Shown one piece after another: positions 1 through 8,038 of a DNA stretch of 64,000 bases. The notes beneath the pieces are model-generated. The model was not told where the DNA came from. It made no database searches and saw only the letters and a program-made list of their open reading frames with translations. How positions within the stretch are numbered: position 1 is the stretch's first letter; the number at the start of each line of letters is the position of its first letter. This stretch comes from an uncultured virus (IMG/VR IMGVR_UViG_3300020048_000096) (taxonomy: Duplodnaviria > Heunggongvirae > Uroviricota > Caudoviricetes): IMG/VR virus record IMGVR_UViG_3300020048_000096, positions 1-64,000 of that record; one strand, given 5' to 3'. The translations under genes were made by a program, and so were the position numbers.

Positions 1-64
1 AATAGTTTCTCATGGTGTAAGTTATACACACTATTAGGTTCAATGTTTAGCCTTGTCTATTTTA

Positions 65-248
65 AAAACTCTCTGTCCCAATTCAGCTATGGATAGTCAA
101 TCTCGATTCTGAGTATTGAACCACTTTTCTGACAAACGCGACCGCCTGATAATAGTCTGGAACAGCGCACATCATAGGCAAATGCTATGAAGGGCGCACC
201 TATACGGTTTTCCTTATTTCCTGTTTATCATCAAAAACAGAGAGTTTT
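65..248 (-). ncRNA. candidate structured RNA downstream of ORF 252-494
   Basis: Perfect 12-bp inverted repeat (aaaactctctgt 65-76 / acagagagtttt 237-248) encloses internal hairpins (tcaat-ctc..gag-t-attga; gcgc..tcatag..ctatga..gcgc). No ORF; GC-richer than flanks. Confidence 0.4.
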
Positions 249-251
249 ATA

Positions 252-494
252 TTAAAAATAACTTCCTTCGAAGTCTACATTTACAGCAGGTTTCTTATAA
301 GTTGATTTCTCTTCAACTATTTTCAAGGCTTCCTCTCGGTTTACCGCTTGAAATGGCAGAACTACGATGTGACAAAATGAACTATCTTTAGCGTCTTCAA
401 TATCACGTTGATCGAAATACCTTTTGGCTTGGTAGGAACCATTTTCATGTTTATATCCCCACCAGATTTGAGTATTTTTAGCTGTGCTATTCAT
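252..494 (-). CDS. hypothetical phage protein
   Basis: 80-aa ORF in a tightly packed minus-strand gene run. Confidence 0.7.
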   Translation of the reverse strand: MNSTAKNTQIWWGYKHENGSYQAKRYFDQRDIEDAKDSSFCHIVVLPFQAVNREEALKIVEEKSTYKKPAVNVDFEGSYF

Positions 495-852
495 AACAAA
501 GTTCTGCAGATTCTAAAGGGTCTTCTGGTTCTTCTGAAAAATTATCTTCATCTAAACTCCATGATTCATAGTCAGACATTAAGGAACCGTCGAAATTTAA
601 CACGACTATTTGACGTTCTTCAACTAATCTCCTTAACTCATTTACTAATTCTTCAACCTGCCAACAACCATTTTGTCCACGATCTGACTGAATGCAAAAT
701 TCAATAATCGTGTCATTAACACAGATGTTGTGAATATCGAACCACTCTTCATCGCTTCTTGTCTGAAGCAGGGCCATTGCATTTAATACGATTGGAGCGT
801 GTGATGCTTCTTTAAGCTCTATGGTGAAATCACCTTTAACGTACGTTCCCAT
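487..852 (-). CDS. hypothetical acidic protein
   Basis: 121-aa ORF, overlaps the next gene by 8 nt. Confidence 0.7.
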   Translation of the reverse strand: MGTYVKGDFTIELKEASHAPIVLNAMALLQTRSDEEWFDIHNICVNDTIIEFCIQSDRGQNGCWQVEELVNELRRLVEERQIVVLNFDGSLMSDYESWSLDEDNFSEEPEDPLESAELCYE

Positions 853-853
853 A

Positions 854-1036
854 TTACTTTTCTTCTTCGTTATATTTACAATCTACTGATTGTATGGAAG
901 CTTTGTTTCCAACCCATACTGTTCCAAGTTGATGTTCTATTTCATCTTCCAACAAGTCAATTTCAATACCATTGAAAGCTGCTTCTTCGATTATAGCATC
1001 CGCGAATGCTATTTTTGCTAGGTCTAACTCACTCAT
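854..1036 (-). CDS. small acidic hypothetical protein
   Basis: 60 aa, ATGA-coupled to the upstream gene. Confidence 0.65.
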   Translation of the reverse strand: MSELDLAKIAFADAIIEEAAFNGIEIDLLEDEIEHQLGTVWVGNKASIQSVDCKYNEEEK

Positions 1037-1227
1037 TTGCTGAAATTTTGAAGTTTAGTCTTTATCTGCATCACGAACAGCGATACTCCGGCAACAAGAA
1101 CAATGGTTACACAAGTTAAAAACACTTTTGCAACTCCGAACAAATTCTCAAGTACGGAAAACATTATGGCACCTAAAAAGCCTATTATTAATAGGCTTAG
1201 GAACAAGTTTAATTTAGTCTTTTTCAT
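1033..1227 (-). CDS. small membrane protein (2 TM helices)
   Basis: Two hydrophobic stretches with basic termini. Confidence 0.7.
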   Translation of the reverse strand: MKKTKLNLFLSLLIIGFLGAIMFSVLENLFGVAKVFLTCVTIVLVAGVSLFVMQIKTKLQNFSK

Positions 1228-1237
1228 TTGGATAGCT

Positions 1238-1435
1238 TTATACTCTTGATTTAAGAGTGGTTAATTCTTTGTTAATACGGGTAATGTCTTTTTCGGTAAG
1301 AGGAACTAAATAGTCCACTTCTCTTACAGGTTTAACATTAGCTTTTAATTGTTTTTCCAATCTTGCGATCACAGCAATTCTTCTGCTTACTTGTGCAGGT
1401 GTTTTAGAGGCAACTCCATTAGTCTTTTTTGACAT
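1238..1435 (-). CDS. small basic hypothetical protein
   Basis: 65-aa ORF with A-rich leader. Confidence 0.65.
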   Translation of the reverse strand: MSKKTNGVASKTPAQVSRRIAVIARLEKQLKANVKPVREVDYLVPLTEKDITRINKELTTLKSRV

Positions 1436-1454
1436 AACTTCTTAGTTTTAAGGT

Positions 1455-1760
1455 TTATAATTTTGCTTTTTTGACAGGAACTAAAGTGTAAGATATTTCC
1501 TCAGTTTCTTCTTCCTGACCTTCTAAAAAAGGTAGTGTTTTAGGAAAACCAGTGTTGTGTTGATAAATCGTTTGGGCTATTAATGCACTTATAGCGTTTC
1601 TGTATAAAACTGCCGCTACTGCCGCGTCTTTCCGGTCTTTGCGCTCTGCATTTAAGTATTGTTTTGCAACAACGTCTGCAAGCTTAATATTCGCCTGTAT
1701 CAGATGATTTACGTGTTTAATCGATTGAGGCACTACTAATGCTTTTTTGGTTTCTGACAT
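1455..1760 (-). CDS. hypothetical protein
   Basis: 101 aa; start lies in the 32-bp repeat shared with the start of ORF 1717-2223. Confidence 0.65.
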   Translation of the reverse strand: MSETKKALVVPQSIKHVNHLIQANIKLADVVAKQYLNAERKDRKDAAVAAVLYRNAISALIAQTIYQHNTGFPKTLPFLEGQEEETEEISYTLVPVKKAKL

Positions 1761-2223
1761 CTCTTTTAAATTGGATTAGTTTACGATTTACTTCAATTAG
1801 TTCTTTAGGAATCTCAATGTATTTTAACTGTGGGTTGTAGCGTAATATTTCTATAATATATGCGTCTGATATATGTGCGAGAGCTCGTTTCTTAGCTAAT
1901 TCTCTAATACCATTTCTATATTCGGAATCTGTTTTATACCGATTAACCTTACTAACGCGAATTAACTTTATCAGTTCTTTATTTTTTAAATTCCACGCTT
2001 TTTTTAATACATAATTTCTTTCTTTGTTTTTTTCATTCCATATTGCCTGTGAAGCCCTTTTTTTAGCAATTTCTTCAGGATTGTTTTTTAAATTCTCCTT
2101 CTGATAAGCTATTTTACATATTTTACAATTATGTTCTAAGCCAAATTTTCCAGATTTATAAAAATACTCTAAAGTCTTAGGCTTCTCTTCACCACACTTA
2201 GTGCATTTTTTGGTTTCGCACAT
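1717..2223 (-). CDS. Zn-binding (CxxC...CxxC) basic protein, paralog 2
   Basis: KKCTKCGEEK...HNCKIC N-terminus of the type seen in phage HNH-associated proteins; Lys/Arg-rich helical body; no HNH catalytic motif seen. Confidence 0.7.
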   Translation of the reverse strand: MCETKKCTKCGEEKPKTLEYFYKSGKFGLEHNCKICKIAYQKENLKNNPEEIAKKRASQAIWNEKNKERNYVLKKAWNLKNKELIKLIRVSKVNRYKTDSEYRNGIRELAKKRALAHISDAYIIEILRYNPQLKYIEIPKELIEVNRKLIQFKRDVRNQKSISSASID

Positions 2224-2251
2224 CTCTTTTAAATTGGATTAGTTTACGATT
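1757..2251. repeat. identical 32-bp direct repeat at two gene junctions (1757-1788 and 2220-2251)
   Basis: acatctcttttaaattggattagtttacgatt occurs twice, each time at a gene-end/next-start overlap. Confidence 0.9.
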
Positions 2252-2860
2252 CAAGTCAATCACTTCTTTTGGAATATCAATATCTTTAATAAGAGGGTTG
2301 CATCTGATAATATTTCGTCTTATATACCCATCAGTCAGTGCTTCAGTGCGTTCCCTGGATTCAGTATTGCGTTTAACCTTGTGAGTGTGATGATATCCTT
2401 TATTTTGTTCATTGACATACTCTTTGTTATTTGCTCTAAATACACGAGTTTTTTCCAGACCGCGTTCTTTAACATCAGGCCTGTTATAAAAAGATTGACC
2501 TTTATCAGATTTTCTAAACAATTGGTTTGCTTTTTGTTTTTTGTTACGGTATTCTTCATCTGAGCTATATCGTTCTTTTTGTTGAGCTATAAATCTCTTT
2601 TTATTTTCTTGGTAAAATGTTTTTAATCGCGTTGCCTGGTGTTCTTTATTATCACCTGCCCATTTTTTCCAACGTAAATATTTTTCTTCAAGTTTATCTG
2701 GATTCTTTTGGAAATACTCTTTAATGTATGCCGAAAAATATAGTTTTATACACTTTTTACAGTGAGGGTTGAATCCATCCTTAGATTTCTTCAGTTTGCC
2801 AAAATGTTCTGTTGTTAATTCCTTCTCTTCACCACATTTGGTGCATTTCTTAGTTTCCAT
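2198..2860 (-). CDS. Zn-binding (CxxC...CxxC) basic protein, paralog 1
   Basis: Same N-terminus (KKCTKCGEEK) and C-terminus (IPKE.I..NRKLIQFKRDVRNQK) as ORF 1717-2223. Confidence 0.75.
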   Translation of the reverse strand: METKKCTKCGEEKELTTEHFGKLKKSKDGFNPHCKKCIKLYFSAYIKEYFQKNPDKLEEKYLRWKKWAGDNKEHQATRLKTFYQENKKRFIAQQKERYSSDEEYRNKKQKANQLFRKSDKGQSFYNRPDVKERGLEKTRVFRANNKEYVNEQNKGYHHTHKVKRNTESRERTEALTDGYIRRNIIRCNPLIKDIDIPKEVIDLNRKLIQFKRDVRNQKMH

Positions 2861-2873
2861 AAATAGTAGGTCG

Positions 2874-3338
2874 TTAGTTTACAACTATAATAGGTTTGCC
2901 AATATTAGCCTCTTGAAGTTTTTGCATTTTGTAAATGAACATCTTACTCATAATTTTCTTATAATAAGGTTGCTGTTTTACCGTAAGAGACATTTTCTGT
3001 GATATAATAGAGTTCATAAAGTTGAACTCCCATTCTGTGAGAATTTTACCATTATTACATTCTGTCACAAGGTCTTTGTTACAACGCTCTATTTCTTCTT
3101 GAGCAATGAAATGTTCCGCACAATTATGACCTATAATTAAAGTATGTCCTGTGGTGTCATTTAAAAGGTAACAACATCTTTTAACGTTGGTTTGTCCACA
3201 AGGACAATTTCTTGCTTTTGATGAATAAAATTGCATTAGAACACTCCATTCATTTTTAGCCTCTTCCCATAAGGACGAATTGCTCAACTCAAGAATATTT
3301 TCTTGAAGAGACTTTCTAGCAGATGTTTTAAACTTCAT
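2874..3338 (-). CDS. hypothetical protein with Cys/His cluster
   Basis: CPCG...CC...GHNCAEH, probable Zn ribbon. Confidence 0.7.
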   Translation of the reverse strand: MKFKTSARKSLQENILELSNSSLWEEAKNEWSVLMQFYSSKARNCPCGQTNVKRCCYLLNDTTGHTLIIGHNCAEHFIAQEEIERCNKDLVTECNNGKILTEWEFNFMNSIISQKMSLTVKQQPYYKKIMSKMFIYKMQKLQEANIGKPIIVVN

Positions 3339-3538
3339 AATTTGGTATTGTTATTCATCAATAAGGCAGTAACGAAGACTTGTTATAACTGCTTTCTGCT
3401 ATCTCTTCTGAGAAAGTCCGACTTATTAAATGAGTTTATAATGTTCTTGCGGAAATATCTCCGTATGTGCTTCCTTTTTGAATCGTGAAGGAAATAACAC
3501 GCAATTAATCAAGTAGTCTAACACTTAACATAATTTTG

Positions 3539-3620
3539 CTCTCTCACAAGGTTGCAACCCTTGCAATATATCATGTTTCCAAATGGTTAGATGATATAGA
3601 CCTGCGGTCGGATGAGAGAA
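3539..3620 (-). ncRNA. non-canonical tRNA-like cloverleaf RNA (candidate)
   Basis: Minus strand folds as UUCUCUCA/UGAGAGAG closing stem, GACC-GCA-GGUC arm, UAUAUCAU/AUGAUAUA arm and CAAGG-GUUGCAA-CCUUG (5 bp + 7-nt loop) abutting the closing stem. Confidence 0.4.
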
Positions 3621-3644
3621 GTACTAATAAAAAATAATGAATAT

Positions 3645-3751
3645 TGACAGCACTCCCTTTTGAGAATAATTAATAATTTTTAACTTCTCAGTTTTAAATT
3701 GTGCAAAAAAGAGTGCGGTCGGTAGACAGTTTTAACCCTCCTAACTGTCTA
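3645..3751 (-). ncRNA. adjacent long stem-loops (candidate ncRNA or leader)
   Basis: gacagcactc/gagtgcggtc outer stem with inner tgagaa/ttctca, plus tagacagtt/aactgtcta hairpin at 3723-3751. Confidence 0.35.
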
Positions 3752-3941
3752 AAAGATTTTAAGTATTGCGATGTTGTATACAAGCTGAAAGAATGTGCTC
3801 GTCTTCGTAAATAATGTTATCTGATTGTTTTAAATCATCATCATTCCAATCTTTTATGTTCTGAAGATGTCGCTTTAAACTTTTTCTTAGTGACTCTTTT
3901 AAATTTTCTTGCGTTTAAGCGCAAATCGGGAATCATAAGTG

Positions 3942-4220
3942 TTATACTTCTATTTTGATGTAGTACTTGTAATCAGTATTAGTTGTCTTAGATTGTTTAA
4001 TAATGTAGTACTTACCTATTGAAGACATATACACAGGGTATGTAATATCATTGATTTTCAATGTGTAAATTGTTTTTGCTGAGACTACTTCAGATTTTAC
4101 CGGCTTGATGTCAATAAGCTCGTTGTTCTTTCCAACTTTATATGTTGAAGTTGATGATGTTTGGGCTGATAATGTTACTGTCAATAGCATCACTGCCAGA
4201 AGAGCGATTAGCTTTTTCAT
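3942..4220 (-). CDS. secreted protein with Sec signal peptide
   Basis: MKKLIALLAVMLLTVTLSA|QT; Gln at +1 is typical of Bacteroidota SPase I substrates. Confidence 0.75.
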   Translation of the reverse strand: MKKLIALLAVMLLTVTLSAQTSSTSTYKVGKNNELIDIKPVKSEVVSAKTIYTLKINDITYPVYMSSIGKYYIIKQSKTTNTDYKYYIKIEV

Positions 4221-4439
4221 AAGTATAGTTATTTAAAGTTAGATTAGTTGTTAGGTATTGTGAGAAGAATAACTACTTGTCAATTCTGTTTACGGGGCAT
4301 TACCCAACAAGCAGTTAATTTCTCAATCTTGAAACGTTTATGAAACGGAATATTAAAAAATGAAAGGATTTTAAATATAGTTTTGGCAGCAAATCGCGTT
4401 TACTGCCGTTAATTAATTTTTGTAATGATTAACTTTAAA

Positions 4440-4640
4440 CTAACTATTGCCTTTTGTAATATCATTAAAGAACTCTATAAAATCCATTGATGTTTTATTT
4501 ATAGGCCTTTCAACTTCTTTTATTTCTACTTTGTTTTTAATATGTTCCCGAACCTTTATTTTAGCTTCAAGTAAATCATTGGCTTCAACTTTATATTTAA
4601 AGTCTATGCCTTTTAGCGTGCATATAAAATTATAAATCAT
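4440..4640 (-). CDS. hypothetical protein (start trimmed to MIYNFICT)
   Basis: ATG at 4640 overlaps the end of upstream ORF 4630-4797; the track's longer start overlaps that gene extensively. Confidence 0.6.
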   Translation of the reverse strand: MIYNFICTLKGIDFKYKVEANDLLEAKIKVREHIKNKVEIKEVERPINKTSMDFIEFFNDITKGNS

Positions 4641-4797
4641 AACCTTTATTTTGCCAAAACATTTGACAATTTCCGTTTTTGTCGATAGGTGTTTCCGCGA
4701 AATAAGACTGCCTAAATTCATTTTGTTTGGCTGTAAACCTATAGCACAAGTCTTTAAGTTTACAATTTATGCCCGTACATTTACTGATATCTGTCAT
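4630..4797 (-). CDS. small Cys-rich phage protein, 55 aa (not in ORF track)
   Basis: MTDISKCTGINCKLKDLCYRFTAKQNEFRQSYFAETPIDKNGNCQMFWQNKGYDL; four Cys, coupled to the downstream gene. Confidence 0.7.
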   Translation of the reverse strand: MTDISKCTGINCKLKDLCYRFTAKQNEFRQSYFAETPIDKNGNCQMFWQNKGYDL

Positions 4798-5343
4798 AAT
4801 GTGGATTATTATACGTTTATAGGTTCGTTTTGTGTATTATATTACACATTGTAAGATTTGTTGGTTTGAACTCTAAAAGGGTTACGATCCCTTATATCAC
4901 ACAATGTCATTCGCTAAAGTGTGATGTCTAGTTACCTTGTAGGCCCTTGACGCGTTTCAATTAGAGTTATTATTTGTTGAATTTACACTAAACGGAAACT
5001 CTTATTATGAATCAACTCTATATAGTAGTATAGAAGAAGAAACAAATAGTAAATGTCTTAGTAGTGTTGTTTTCTGCAAACAAGTTTAGGTATGTACGTG
5101 TGGTTTTTTACTTACACGTAATTTTAGTTCTCAAAATGTCAAATACCTTGTAGAGCTTTAAGACTATTGTGCTAATAGCTATCTAACCCAGTCTGTCTCT
5201 GTGATTTTCACAGGAATAATACGATTGGTCTATGAGGAAGAATAGGGCTGTTGGGATGTTCTCCATCCAAACACACGCACGCAAGCTCTCAGAAAGTATT
5301 TACTTTACCTGGATATGCTGTGTTGTTTGCTTATTACTCTTTT

Positions 5344-5384
5344 TATAGAACTTATGTATTATTTACTTGTCAAATGTAGAACTT
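5344..5384 (-). promoter_or_regulatory. Bacteroidota-type -7 element (TACATTTG) with two AAGTTCTAYA boxes
   Basis: Reverse complement of caaatgta (5371-5378) fits TAnnTTTG; boxes at 5344-5353 and 5375-5384. Confidence 0.55.
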
Positions 5385-5520
5385 AATTGCTTATTGTACA
5401 ACTTAATTATAAAACATCTGCAACAAGAAAACTTATGTTACTGATTATCAGTACCAAAGTCTACTTGTTGCACACGGTGGATACCCGTGTTAGAGATGTT
5501 TCCATTAGGTGTAGTGGTTA

Positions 5521-6063
5521 TTACTTACCGCTTAGGTCAGCTTTCGCTAATTCGGGAGTGGCCACTTTAGAAACGGATTTAATTCTGGCTTGTTCGGCAC
5601 GTATATACTCACCATTGTCGTGAGCAATAAGAGTGTCTACGTCGTTTTCATCTTCAGTATACATACTGAAACGGAAGATGCGTTCTCCGTCAAGCGTACA
5701 AGGGATCTTAGTCTCACCGGCAATCTTGACTTGCTTATCTAAGTCTTTCGTATTTTCAACGAAGCCTTGAGACAGTTCGCTTTCAAGCATTTCGGTAACC
5801 ATAATTCTACCCGGCATACCGTCTTTGGCCCAATCAGCTACCATTTCTCTCAGAGAATCTAATTCGCCATTTAATGGACAGTGGCGAGTCTCTGTGACAA
5901 CGCTGGTACGAGTTGGAGAAGTTCTCTTCACGTGAGTAACTACCTCTTGAATGTGGGCCCAACCCTGTATAGGCTGACCTTCAACTTGATTTGGAAAAGG
6001 CGTAACTGCGTTGTCCTTTACGAAAATGTTTCTTTTACGTTTAATAGATGGTGAATTCGTCAT
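5521..6063 (-). CDS. early protein, paralog A (possible ssDNA-binding protein)
   Basis: Shares PGRI, K.AG, DG, D.LIAHDN..IR and terminal L.GK with ORF 6824-7384. ATG at 6063 preferred over the TTG at 6147, which lies inside the promoter motif. Confidence 0.7.
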   Translation of the reverse strand: MTNSPSIKRKRNIFVKDNAVTPFPNQVEGQPIQGWAHIQEVVTHVKRTSPTRTSVVTETRHCPLNGELDSLREMVADWAKDGMPGRIMVTEMLESELSQGFVENTKDLDKQVKIAGETKIPCTLDGERIFRFSMYTEDENDVDTLIAHDNGEYIRAEQARIKSVSKVATPELAKADLSGK

Positions 6064-6138
6064 AATGTTTAATAGGTTTTTGTGATTATTATAAAATGGT
6101 GAGCGTCTCTCACCAATGTTTTGAAGCATATTTAATAG

Positions 6139-6352
6139 TAACTGCAACAGGGGAACGTAGTGTTTGCTGGAACGTAGTGCGCAGCGAAGCGGGTTTCGTG
6201 TTGTTTGTTAGAATGTACTGAGCGCTGTGTCGAAGACTCGTGTCGTTTCTCGTAACATAGTGAGCGTTGAAGAGTCGAAGACAACCGATGTAAAACGTAC
6301 TGAAACGCTTAACAACCGTTATAATGCTAACTGCACAAGGGGAACGTAGTTC
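6139..6352 (-). promoter_or_regulatory. tandem phage early promoter motifs with a cluster of C-GNA-G mini-hairpins
   Basis: taactgca-N3-ggggaacgtagt at 6139-6161 and 6328-6350; + strand triloops AC-GTA-GT, GC-GCA-GC, GC-GAA-GC, GTC-GAA-GAC (twice), GAAC-GTA-GTTC. Confidence 0.6.
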
Positions 6353-6400
6353 TGTAGGGCTGATATTGGTTATTGTGAGAACTAAATGGGTTGGTAATAA

Positions 6401-6431
6401 AAAGAAAAAAGCACGGCTGTTACACCGTGCT
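6401..6431 (-). terminator. intrinsic terminator
   Basis: agcacgg/ccgtgct stem plus U-run on minus strand just after the stop of 6439-6720. Confidence 0.8.
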
Positions 6432-6438
6432 AAGGAAG

Positions 6439-6720
6439 TTATTCCCTTAATTTTAGAAAGAGCGCCACTGTCAAATTATGTGCAATTTGTAGTCCATAAA
6501 CAGGACTACTTAAACAGCCATTGACATCTATAACGAATGTGTTTCCAAAGCTATCTGACAACGCAGGTACTTCTTTATAGTCAACAACACCCGCTTTAAT
6601 ATCTAACTGTAGTTGCTTCACAGCTATTTCAGTTAGTTTCAAATCTCCACAAGTAAAAAACTGTGGTTCAAATACTTTTATTCCGTACTTATTGTCGGAA
6701 TTGAAAATTAGTTTATTCAT
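6439..6720 (-). CDS. hypothetical early protein
   Basis: 93 aa; own terminator and a degenerate promoter copy (tgaatggggttaagtagt, 6747-6764). Confidence 0.7.
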   Translation of the reverse strand: MNKLIFNSDNKYGIKVFEPQFFTCGDLKLTEIAVKQLQLDIKAGVVDYKEVPALSDSFGNTFVIDVNGCLSSPVYGLQIAHNLTVALFLKLRE

Positions 6721-6784
6721 AATGTTAAGTTTTTTAATGCTGAATGTGAATGGGGTTAAGTAGTGAATAATGAACTAAGAAAAA

Positions 6785-6814
6785 GAAATAAAAGCACGGC
6801 TATTACACCGTGCT
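6785..6814 (-). terminator. intrinsic terminator (near-identical copy of 6401-6431)
   Basis: aaagcacggctattacaccgtgctaag versus aaagcacggctgttacaccgtgctaag. Confidence 0.8.
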
Positions 6815-6823
6815 AAGAACTAA

Positions 6824-7384
6824 TTATTTACCATCAAGAGAAACTTTCGCTGTCTTTTCAGCAGGCTGTTTTTCAGAGGCTACTTTTTTAAGCGCTCTGT
6901 CTTGCCTAATTTCATCGCTGTTATCGTGAGCAATAAGCACGTCTTCAACAGAACCTGTTTGGTCGTAAGTGCGCTTGGAAATAATACCAATGCCGTCAAC
7001 GGTTAATAACACGCCGTCTGTACCAGCACGTTTTTTATCATTGTTGTAAGACTTAGAGTCTTTAATGGCATCAGGAAGATTTTCATCATCCAACCATTCA
7101 CGTGTGCAAATACGACCAGGAATTAATCCGTCGTCTTCCCACATAGCAAGGAAGGTACTTAAATCGTCGTGTGCACCGTTGATATTAGCAAATTTGTATT
7201 TTCGAACAGCTTTTGTGCTGTTCAAAAGCATTTGCATTTCAGGACGTACTTCCATAAGCGTGATAAAACCCTCTTCAGGAGTATCCTCAAATGCTGTGAT
7301 TGCAGAACCTTCAGGGTTCGGCATTACAAATAAACCGCGACGAATTGATGCATCATCTTTAGATGCGTAGATAGATTTTGACAT
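6824..7384 (-). CDS. early protein, paralog B
   Basis: Clear motif sharing with ORF 5521-6063. Confidence 0.75.
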   Translation of the reverse strand: MSKSIYASKDDASIRRGLFVMPNPEGSAITAFEDTPEEGFITLMEVRPEMQMLLNSTKAVRKYKFANINGAHDDLSTFLAMWEDDGLIPGRICTREWLDDENLPDAIKDSKSYNNDKKRAGTDGVLLTVDGIGIISKRTYDQTGSVEDVLIAHDNSDEIRQDRALKKVASEKQPAEKTAKVSLDGK

Positions 7385-7414
7385 AATTTTAAGTTTTTAA
7401 ATTGTTAGACTATA

Positions 7415-7436
7415 TGAATAAGGGGAACGTAGTTCC
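7415..7436 (-). promoter_or_regulatory. phage early promoter motif with GGAAC-GTA-GTTCC hairpin
   Basis: tgaataaggggaacgtagttcc begins ~30 nt upstream of ATG 7384. Confidence 0.65.
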
Positions 7437-7596
7437 TTGGGCTATAGAAGAAGGACTATTGTTAGTAGTCCCTGTCTTCTATGTCTTCACCGAATGTGGC
7501 AATATGTAATAGGTTTTCTTCAAGCTTATCTAAGTTGTTCAGCATAATATAAGTTTAAAATTGTTTAAAAGGCACCAGTATGATGCCTTGATGATT

Positions 7597-7806
7597 TTAG
7601 CGATAATCCCTGAAAACTCTTCTAACGAAGCTACGTTCTCTGATATCACTAATAGATGTTTTGTTCCGATACTCGTCTTCCCACCAATGTACATTAGCTC
7701 TATAGCGAGCATCTAACTTGTCTATATATTCCAAGTGAGAGTTGATGTTCGTCTCTTCTTTATATATAAGCTCTTCTAAGAGTGGTGCGTGAAATTCTAT
7801 TTGCAT
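7597..7806 (-). CDS. hypothetical protein
   Basis: 69-aa ORF with AT-rich leader. Confidence 0.6.
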   Translation of the reverse strand: MQIEFHAPLLEELIYKEETNINSHLEYIDKLDARYRANVHWWEDEYRNKTSISDIRERSFVRRVFRDYR

Positions 7807-7835
7807 AATAATAAGGTGTTAATTAGTTAAAATAG

Positions 7836-7870
7836 AAAAGGGGGAATAGAGCATTTTACTCTATTCTCCC
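7836..7870 (-). terminator. intrinsic terminator
   Basis: gggggaatagag/ctctattctccc stem plus U-run on minus strand. Confidence 0.7.
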
Positions 7871-7904
7871 GTTAGAACATTTATAGTCGAGCCGAAGCTC
7901 AAGA

Positions 7905-8009
7905 CTATTGTTCCTTGCAGTACTCCCTGTAGTAATCCTGTGCATCAGCGATGCACCAAGCTACGATAGAGAAACCATTGATGTACCAAACTTGTTTGGA
8001 CTCAGTCAT
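7905..8009 (-). CDS. 34-aa peptide (not in ORF track)
   Basis: MTESKQVWYINGFSIVAWCIADAQDYYREYCKEQ, between promoter motif 8039-8057 and terminator 7836-7870. Confidence 0.6.
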   Translation of the reverse strand: MTESKQVWYINGFSIVAWCIADAQDYYREYCKEQ

Positions 8010-8038
8010 TTTCGCCGTAATTTTAAATTAATACTAAA

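Noticed and set aside
1717..2860. HNH homing endonucleases
   Set aside because: Only the N-terminal Zn-binding segment is present; no HNH or GIY-YIG catalytic motif was found.
3760..3936. Short minus-strand reading frames (31 aa, and a start-less frame)
   Set aside because: Too short and featureless to call; possibly a decayed gene.
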